64,000 bases of DNA, from positions 15,240 to 79,239 of the forward strand of contig JBMFLH010000002.1 in assembly GCA_049971295.1 (NCBI GenBank), written 5' to 3'. This stretch comes from Candidatus Ratteibacteria bacterium. GTDB taxonomy: Bacteria > Ratteibacteria > UBA8468 > B48-G9 > DTJG01. Below the pieces are notes generated by a model. That model had not been told where the DNA came from. It saw only the letters and a program-made list of their open reading frames with translations, and ran no database searches. A program made the translations under genes and the position numbers. Below, piece after piece: positions 58,017-64,000 of the stretch (position 1 is the first letter of the stretch; each line of letters begins with the position of its first letter).

Positions 58017-59177
58017 ATGGACTATTTTTTAACCGAAGAACAGAAAATGATAAAGGCACTTGCTCGTGAAATTGCAGAGGAAAAAATAAAACCAAAGAGA
58101 GCATATTATGATGAGACAGAAGAATTTCCATGGGAAATCGTGAAAATTCTTGCTCAATCTGATTTATTTGGCGTTTACATTGGAGAAAAATACGGGGGTA
58201 TGGGCTTTGGAATATTTGAACTATGTCTTGTCATTGAAGAATTGAGCAGGGTCTGCGGGGGTATTTCTTTAACACTTGCTGCTTCTGCGCTTGGTACATT
58301 TCCCATACTCCTGTTTGGTAATGAGACGCAAAAACAAAAATATCTACCCATTCTTGCAAAGGGTGAAAAACTTGCTGCATTTGGACTTACTGAATCAGAG
58401 GCAGGCAGCGATGCTGGTTCAATCCGAACGCAGGCAAAAAAAGATGGTGATTATTATATTCTTAATGGAACAAAACAGTGGATTACCAATGGTGGGGAAG
58501 CTGAAATTTACACTGTGATTGCAATGACAGATCCCAGCAAGGGAGCAAGAGGAGCATCCGCCTTCATTGTTGAAAAGGGAACTGAAGGTTTCACTTTTGG
58601 AAAAAAGGAAAAAAAACTTGGAATCAGGGCATCAGCTACAAGAGAATTGATATTTACAAATTGCAGAATTCCAAAGGAGAACCTTCTTGGACGTGAAGGC
58701 ATGGGTTTTGTTGTTGCAATGAAAACATTTGATGCCACAAGACCAGGGGTTGCGGCACAGGCACTCGGTATTGCCCAGGGAGCTTTTGAAGAAGCGCTGG
58801 CATACGCACACAAAAGACACCAGTTTGGGCATCCTATTTCTTCGTTCCAGGCAGTTCAACACATGCTTGCGGACATGGCAACACAGATCGAAGCAGCAAG
58901 AGCTCTTACCTATGCCACTGCCAGGATGATAGATGCGGGTAAATCTTCTGGGTCAAAGGAATCCGCCATGTCAAAATTGCTGGCTTCTGATGTTGCCATG
59001 AAGGTTACAGTTGATGCCGTTCAGATTTTCGGTGGTTACGGCTATATGAGGGATTATCCAGTTGAAAAAATGATGAGGGATGCAAAAATTACCCAGATTT
59101 ATGAAGGAACAAATCAAATTCAGAGAAATATAATTGCCCTTGAATTGATAAAGGAACTCGCCCGCAGGAAAGAATAA
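58017..59177 (+). CDS. Acyl-CoA dehydrogenase (short/medium-chain type)
   Basis: ACAD N-terminal, middle and C-terminal domains ([47 protein letters not shown]). Start at the ATG at 58017 (MDYFLTEEQ). Confidence 0.85.
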   Translation: MDYFLTEEQKMIKALAREIAEEKIKPKRAYYDETEEFPWEIVKILAQSDLFGVYIGEKYGGMGFGIFELCLVIEELSRVCGGISLTLAASALGTFPILLFGNETQKQKYLPILAKGEKLAAFGLTESEAGSDAGSIRTQAKKDGDYYILNGTKQWITNGGEAEIYTVIAMTDPSKGARGASAFIVEKGTEGFTFGKKEKKLGIRASATRELIFTNCRIPKENLLGREGMGFVVAMKTFDATRPGVAAQALGIAQGAFEEALAYAHKRHQFGHPISSFQAVQHMLADMATQIEAARALTYATARMIDAGKSSGSKESAMSKLLASDVAMKVTVDAVQIFGGYGYMRDYPVEKMMRDAKITQIYEGTNQIQRNIIALELIKELARRKE

Positions 59178-59178
59178 A

Positions 59179-60078
59179 GTGAAATTGATTTTCCAGCAGG
59201 ATGTTCCAGAAAGAGTTGATAAATTCATTGCACAAAACCTGCCTGATTTTTCAAGAGAATTCTGCAAAAAATTGATAGAAAATCGCTTGATTACTGTGAA
59301 CGGAAAATTTGTTAGACCTTCTCACAAACTTCAGAAAAACGATATCATTGAAATTTCTGACGATATTGAAAAATCTTCCTGCACGCTTCTGCCGGATACT
59401 GGTAATCTTGAAATTCTTTACGAAGATGAACATATTATTGTTGTTAATAAACCAGCTGGTATTTTGACCCATCCTGTGCCAGGGCAGACAAGGAAAACAC
59501 TTGTGAATCTGATACTCGCGCATACGGCACTATCTTCGATTGGTTTACCTCTTCGACCAGGCGTTGTTCACAGACTTGACAGGGATACATCAGGATGTAT
59601 TATTTTTGCAAAAACAGAAAAGGCACATTTGAATTTGGTAGAACAATTTAAAAACAGAACGATAAAAAAAACTTATAGGGCAGTGGTTTCAGGATTATTT
59701 TCTAAAGAGATCAAAGAAATTTCTGTTCCTCTGTATGTTGAAAAAAATGGCTCTGGGAGAGTATCTGTAAAATTTGGTCGTGGTAAAGAGGCAAAAACAG
59801 AAATTTATGTCATTGGTGCAGGGAAAAATGCTACGTATATTGAAGCAAGGCCAATCACAGGAAGAACTCATCAGATCAGGGTTTCCCTCGCTTTTATCGG
59901 TCATCCAGTGCTTGGTGATATAAAATACGGAAGACCCAGCGTCCTTATTGAAAGACAGGCCCTGCATGCCTATTCAATTTCATTTTCACATCCAGAAACA
60001 CGCGAGATAATAACCTGTACTGCAAGAATACCAGAAGATATGGTTGTCTTATTAGAACAACTTGGAATAGCAGATTGA
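59179..60078 (+). CDS. RluA-family 23S rRNA pseudouridine synthase (RluD/RluC-like)
   Basis: N-terminal S4-like domain. Catalytic HRLDRDTSGCIIFAKT motif. Confidence 0.8.
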   Translation: MKLIFQQDVPERVDKFIAQNLPDFSREFCKKLIENRLITVNGKFVRPSHKLQKNDIIEISDDIEKSSCTLLPDTGNLEILYEDEHIIVVNKPAGILTHPVPGQTRKTLVNLILAHTALSSIGLPLRPGVVHRLDRDTSGCIIFAKTEKAHLNLVEQFKNRTIKKTYRAVVSGLFSKEIKEISVPLYVEKNGSGRVSVKFGRGKEAKTEIYVIGAGKNATYIEARPITGRTHQIRVSLAFIGHPVLGDIKYGRPSVLIERQALHAYSISFSHPETREIITCTARIPEDMVVLLEQLGIAD

Positions 60079-60103
60079 CCATTATTTCACACATGTTTAT
60101 AAT
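60075..60103 (+). promoter_or_regulatory. Near-consensus sigma70 promoter TTGACC-17-TATAAT upstream of the glycosyltransferase cluster
   Basis: TTGACC at 60075-60080 (overlapping the rluD-like stop), a 17-nt spacer and TATAAT at 60098-60103, about 40 nt before the GT9 ATG at 60143. Confidence 0.5.
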
Positions 60104-60142
60104 GTTAAGAGAAGAATTTTCAAATCTAATCAATGGGTTGAA

Positions 60143-61255
60143 ATGAGTGCGATAAAACAGACGAAGCAGTCCTGTCGTTTTTTTATGCCAGATGTTCCCT
60201 GTGTTTATCATAAGACGGACGGAAAGAAATGCACTGATTGTGATCAGTACAGTCCTGTAAAAGAGAGAATTCTTATTATAAAATTGGGAGCTTTAGGAGA
60301 TGTTTTGAGAACCACTTCTATATGCGAACCTTTGAAGTCATTACATCCTGAAAGTATGCTATTCTGGCTTACAGAAGACAACCATGCGCCTGTTTTAGAG
60401 AGAAATCATTTTGTAGACAGGATTATTAAGAAGAGCAATGCTATAAATTTTGTTTCTTTCTTCAGTTTTGACCTTGTCATCAATCTTGACCTTGATGAAG
60501 ATGCACTAATTTTTGCAGGTATCACTAAATCAAAAGAAAAAAGAGGCTTCTGGTATGATAGTTCAGGAAACATTCATTGTTCAAATCGATCCGCGGAAAC
60601 TTATTTTTTAATGAGTCATGATGACCAGTTGAAGAAAAGGAATACAAAAACCTATCAGAGATTTATTGCAGAAATCGCAGGTGTGCCAGAGTATGGAAAA
60701 ATTATTGTTCCGATTTCTGAGGCATCGAAAAAAAATGCAGAAGAGTTTGCAAGAAGATATGGTTTGAATGGGAAAAAGGTTTTGGGAGCAGTTGTTGGAA
60801 CAGGAAATAGGTGGATAACCAAAAGATGGCCTGAAAAACATTTTTTGGACTTGTTTTCGCTTCTCGATGATTTTGAAATTCTTGTATTTGGCGGTGCAGA
60901 AGAAAAGGACTTGCTTGAACAGATTGTGAAGAAAAGCAATAACAGGGTTATCAATACAGGGCATTCCAATTCAATAGACCTGTTTTTTGGTTTACTTGAT
61001 TTATGCGACATAGTGGTATGCTGTGATACGTTTGCTCTTCATGCGGCAGTTGGCCTTGGAAAAAAAACTATCGCTCTTTTTGGTCCCACCTCTTCAAGTG
61101 AAATTGAAATGTACAATAGTGGCGTGAAAATTGTCAGTTCTGCTACATGCATCTGTTGTTATAAAAAGACATGCTCAACCAGCCCGATGTGTATGGAATT
61201 GATAACACCGCAACAGGTTGAACACACCATCAGGAGACAGTGTGTTGAAAAATAA
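60143..61255 (+). CDS. Glycosyltransferase family 9 (LPS heptosyltransferase-like) with a Cys-rich N-terminal extension
   Basis: RILIIKLGALGDVL GT9 N-terminal motif, plus a preceding ~40-aa segment with C-x8-C-x9-C-x2-C. A C-terminal CICCYKKTC cluster is also present. Confidence 0.65.
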   Translation: MSAIKQTKQSCRFFMPDVPCVYHKTDGKKCTDCDQYSPVKERILIIKLGALGDVLRTTSICEPLKSLHPESMLFWLTEDNHAPVLERNHFVDRIIKKSNAINFVSFFSFDLVINLDLDEDALIFAGITKSKEKRGFWYDSSGNIHCSNRSAETYFLMSHDDQLKKRNTKTYQRFIAEIAGVPEYGKIIVPISEASKKNAEEFARRYGLNGKKVLGAVVGTGNRWITKRWPEKHFLDLFSLLDDFEILVFGGAEEKDLLEQIVKKSNNRVINTGHSNSIDLFFGLLDLCDIVVCCDTFALHAAVGLGKKTIALFGPTSSSEIEMYNSGVKIVSSATCICCYKKTCSTSPMCMELITPQQVEHTIRRQCVEK

Positions 61256-61955
61256 CATCGCTGTGATTATTCCTACTTATAATGAGAGGGAAAACATCAT
61301 TCCACTTGTGAAAGAAATACTCGGTCTTAATATGAATATCAAAGTCATCATTGTTGATGACAATTCTCCCGATGGCACAGGTATCATTGCCAAAGAATAT
61401 TTTACTAATAATTCAGATGTGAAGGTTTTTATCAGAAAGGATAAAAGAGGAAGAGGATATGCTGGAAGATTTGGTTATGAAATGGCATTACGGGAAAAGT
61501 TCGATATCATCGGAGAAATGGATGGCGACTTTTCGCACTCTCCAGAATTTATTCCACAGATGGTGGCATATCTCCAACACGCAGATATTGTATCAGGGTC
61601 TCGGTTTTTATCAGGAGCAAGAAGCTTACGCAAGAATTTTCTAAGAGAAATGGTAACACGATGCGCAAGGATTTATTTGAGAATGATTCTTGGAATTAAA
61701 CTGACGGATCCAACTTCAGGTTTCAGATTTTTCAAATTTTCTGCTCTTTCTGAAATTTCACAATATCTTAAATCCAGAGATGCTTTTATTGTTACAGAGG
61801 TATTTTACTATGCATTCAAGAAACATCTACCGATAAAAGAATGTCCTATTATTTTTTATGAAAGAAGATACGGGAGATCTAAACTAAAAATTACCACGCT
61901 TGTTGATTATCTTTACAGGGTTTTACTTCTTCGTACTGGTTATTTCAATGGATGA
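61218..61955 (+). CDS. GT2-family polyprenol-phosphate sugar synthase (dolichol-phosphate mannosyltransferase / ArnC-like)
   Basis: IAVIIPTYNERENI and IIVDDNSPDGT (the DxD region), about 245 aa typical of DPM1-like enzymes. Confidence 0.75.
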   Translation: MNTPSGDSVLKNNIAVIIPTYNERENIIPLVKEILGLNMNIKVIIVDDNSPDGTGIIAKEYFTNNSDVKVFIRKDKRGRGYAGRFGYEMALREKFDIIGEMDGDFSHSPEFIPQMVAYLQHADIVSGSRFLSGARSLRKNFLREMVTRCARIYLRMILGIKLTDPTSGFRFFKFSALSEISQYLKSRDAFIVTEVFYYAFKKHLPIKECPIIFYERRYGRSKLKITTLVDYLYRVLLLRTGYFNG

Positions 61956-64000
61956 AAAAAAATATTTGCGTCGTGCTTACTTTTTGATGGGAATCACATT
62001 TATTATCAGATTGTTAATTGCTGCCTTTTATGGTTTGAGTGGCGATGAGGCGCATTATTATCAATATGCCATGCATCCTTCGTTGTCATACTTTGACCAT
62101 CCACCACTTGTAGGTTATGCAATCTTGCCGTTTTTGAAAATTTTCGGGCATACCCCTGTTGCAGTAAGATTTCCTGCTTTGATTTCATCCACATTGTGTA
62201 TGTGGCTTCTTTTGAAATTAGGGAAAGATTTGTATTCAGCTGCGACAGGATTCTGGGCTATTGTGATTTTTTGTTTGATCCCTTTGTTTTCTGTACTCGG
62301 CGGAATCATGACTGTACCAGACACGATTCTTTCTGTTTTCTGGTTGTTATCCGTTATGACAGTGTGGAAAATTTATATCACAGGTAAAGATCAACTCTGG
62401 TATCTTGTTGGAATTCTTACTGGATTGGCGTTACTCACAAAATACTCAGGAATTTTGATATATCCCGGAATTTTTCTTTTCCTGATAATTAATAGAAAAA
62501 TGAGAGGTGTTTTCAGAAAAAAGCAATTGTATTTAGGTTTCATGATCAGTATTTTGATGTTTTCTCCGGTTCTGATATGGAATTACGACAATTACTGGGT
62601 ATCGTTCGCATTTCAATTAAAACACGGTCTTGGTGAGAAAGCCTTTTTTAAGCCAGATGTCTTTGTTCAGAATATTGTTTCACAGATGCTGATGATATCA
62701 CCGCTTCTGTGGTTCCTGATGGTAATTTCATTTTTTAAGATTATAAAAAAAATCATCGTTAATCATGATGGTCCCGCACAGATAATTTTCAGTTTTTCTC
62801 TACCAGTTTTTTTTGTTTTTGGTTATGCGTCTTTTTCAAATGAAATTCTACCACACTGGCCTGCTGTTGGTTATCTTATGCTTATTGCACCCTGTGCCTT
62901 TTTCCTGCGGGAAATTTTTACTGGAACGAACCGCATGAAAAAATATTTTGCAAAATTTTCTTTGTTTACAGGATTTTTGTTCACAATGGTGATTCCAGTC
63001 CAGATCATCTTTCACTGTTTCCCTTTATCTCCTGAAATTGACCCTACAGGCGATCTATATGGATGGGATATTGCTGCACAGGTTGGAAAATATCTTATGT
63101 CAGAAAATCAGAATACTTTTTTATTTACTCATAAATTTTATCTGGCAAGTCAAATGGCTTTTTCTCTTCCAGAGAGTATTGCAAATAATAAAATGTATTG
63201 TTTGAGTAAAAGGGTTGACCAGTATGACTTCTGGCAGAGGGATAAAAATTTGAAAACAGAACTTAACGGGAAAAACGGTGTGTTTTTTACTGATGAACAT
63301 TTTACGGATGACCCTGGGAAAATATTTAAATTTGAAAAAATTGACAAACCTGTAAAAGTTGAAATTTTCTACAGGGGTAAAAAAGTAAAGACATTTTATT
63401 TTTACATGTGTCATAATTTCAAAACCAGTGAGATGGACTCATTGTACTTTAATTCTCTTAATTTTCACCAGAAGAGGAGTTTTTTTAAAAATTTTATTAA
63501 TCTTGACAACCGTGCTTTTCTCACAGTCAACAAATTTGCTTCCCAAAATAAAAGGCTTGCAAATATTTTATTTGCCATCGGTTATCTCGGGTCAACAGAA
63601 GTGGCTTTATTGATTGTCGTCGGCATGCTTTATTTTACCAGACGTAATGAATTTTTAAAATATTTCTGGATTTTTCTTTTTATGTTGATATTCAGTGCAA
63701 TTATTGTTTATATGATCAAGAAAGTTTTTTCTTCTCCGAGACCTGTATCATATTTCAAAGACCGAATGATTCATGTGACCGGCCCAATCTTAAAATCAGG
63801 TTCATTTCCTTCGGGGCACGCCCAAACAATTTTTGCAGTGTCCGCTTTTTTATCATGGATATTTCACAAGTGGTGGCCAGTATTTTTTTCTTTTGCTATC
63901 GTTGTTGCCTTTTCGAGGGTTTTTGCGGGAGTGCACTTTTTCAGGGATATTTTAGCAGGAGCCATGATTGGGTTGATATCATTCTGGATTGTTTTAAAAA
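61948..64000 (+). CDS. GT-C fold glycosyltransferase (ArnT/PMT_2-like, COG1807) fused to a C-terminal PAP2 phosphatase domain; 3' end runs off the window
   Basis: I translated by hand an open frame from the ATG at 61948 (ATGA overlap with the GT2 stop) to nt 64000 with no stop. The track omits it because it is 3'-partial. N-terminal motifs GDEAHYYQYA and YFDHPPL sit in a 10+ TM protein. C-terminal PAP2 motifs are intact: K-x6-RP (KKVFSSPRP), PSGH, SR-x5-H-x3-D (SRVFAGVHFFRD). Confidence 0.7.
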   Translation, partial: MDEKKYLRRAYFLMGITFIIRLLIAAFYGLSGDEAHYYQYAMHPSLSYFDHPPLVGYAILPFLKIFGHTPVAVRFPALISSTLCMWLLLKLGKDLYSAATGFWAIVIFCLIPLFSVLGGIMTVPDTILSVFWLLSVMTVWKIYITGKDQLWYLVGILTGLALLTKYSGILIYPGIFLFLIINRKMRGVFRKKQLYLGFMISILMFSPVLIWNYDNYWVSFAFQLKHGLGEKAFFKPDVFVQNIVSQMLMISPLLWFLMVISFFKIIKKIIVNHDGPAQIIFSFSLPVFFVFGYASFSNEILPHWPAVGYLMLIAPCAFFLREIFTGTNRMKKYFAKFSLFTGFLFTMVIPVQIIFHCFPLSPEIDPTGDLYGWDIAAQVGKYLMSENQNTFLFTHKFYLASQMAFSLPESIANNKMYCLSKRVDQYDFWQRDKNLKTELNGKNGVFFTDEHFTDDPGKIFKFEKIDKPVKVEIFYRGKKVKTFYFYMCHNFKTSEMDSLYFNSLNFHQKRSFFKNFINLDNRAFLTVNKFASQNKRLANILFAIGYLGSTEVALLIVVGMLYFTRRNEFLKYFWIFLFMLIFSAIIVYMIKKVFSSPRPVSYFKDRMIHVTGPILKSGSFPSGHAQTIFAVSAFLSWIFHKWWPVFFSFAIVVAFSRVFAGVHFFRDILAGAMIGLISFWIVLK

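Noticed and set aside
62006-63613. Several 60-100-aa ORFs on both strands listed in the track between 62006 and 63613
   Set aside because: All lie inside or antisense to the long GT-C/PAP2 ORF, which I verified by hand is open from 61948 to the window end. The track omitted that ORF only because it has no stop in the window.
1-64000. CRISPR arrays, tandem or direct repeats, transposases, integrases and phage genes
   Set aside because: I saw no spacer-repeat periodicity and no DDE or tyrosine/serine recombinase motifs. Every ORF of substantial size has a housekeeping or metabolic assignment.

Overview
This window is a low-GC (roughly 35-40 % by eye), very gene-dense stretch of bacterial chromosome with standard stop-codon usage. 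Intergenic gaps are mostly under 60 nt, and many genes overlap or are ATGA/TGATG-coupled. I found no CRISPR array, transposase, integrase or phage genes. Most of the content is core housekeeping. On the plus strand: a ribD-ribE-ribBA-ribH-nusB riboflavin operon; dnaK and purM; ubiB-obg-prfB-coaB; hisI-secD-secF-rsmD-coaD; and rpmF-plsX-fabH-fabD-fabG-acpP-fabF followed by an acyl-CoA dehydrogenase and an RluA-family pseudouridine synthase. On the minus strand there is one long co-directional run from 32972 down to 18084: plsY, gpsA, a MerR-like regulator, purN, a GNAT gene, a bactofilin-like membrane protein, argG, thiL, tsaE, oppBCDF, an ABC ATPase with a minimal FtsX-like permease, proC, a purine nucleoside phosphorylase, a zinc-ribbon ORF, rpsU and a frameshifted pfkB/fruK-like kinase. 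A standalone corrinoid protein at 32989..33618 is transcribed separately from its own promoter on the same strand, and a tRNA-Val(TAC) lies at 33724..33797. The less ordinary parts are: (i) a tightly coupled eight-gene operon (1470..10490) encoding an IolB/KduI-family cupin isomerase, an SDR, 6-phosphogluconate dehydrogenase, a HAD hydrolase, a LarA-family (nickel-pincer cofactor) racemase/epimerase homolog, a putative UxaE-like sugar epimerase, a full-length transketolase and a 67-aa cysteine-rich protein, which is a candidate new sugar-acid catabolic route; (ii) an S21 gene whose reading frame runs in frame, across a single TAG and a GGG linker, into an upstream 54-aa zinc-ribbon ORF; (iii) a PfkB-family kinase broken at an A9/T9 homopolymer; (iv) a carbohydrate cluster with a NagB-like deaminase fused to a PIG-L/LmbE-like deacetylase, an AraA-family isomerase, an FGGY kinase and an MFS transporter; (v) an envelope glycosylation cluster at the 3' edge, GT9 - GT2 (polyprenol-phosphate sugar synthase-like) - GT-C (ArnT/PMT-like) fused to a C-terminal PAP2 phosphatase. 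The six-frame track omits the last ORF because it runs off the window. All calls rest on motif and family recognition by eye; no database searches were run.
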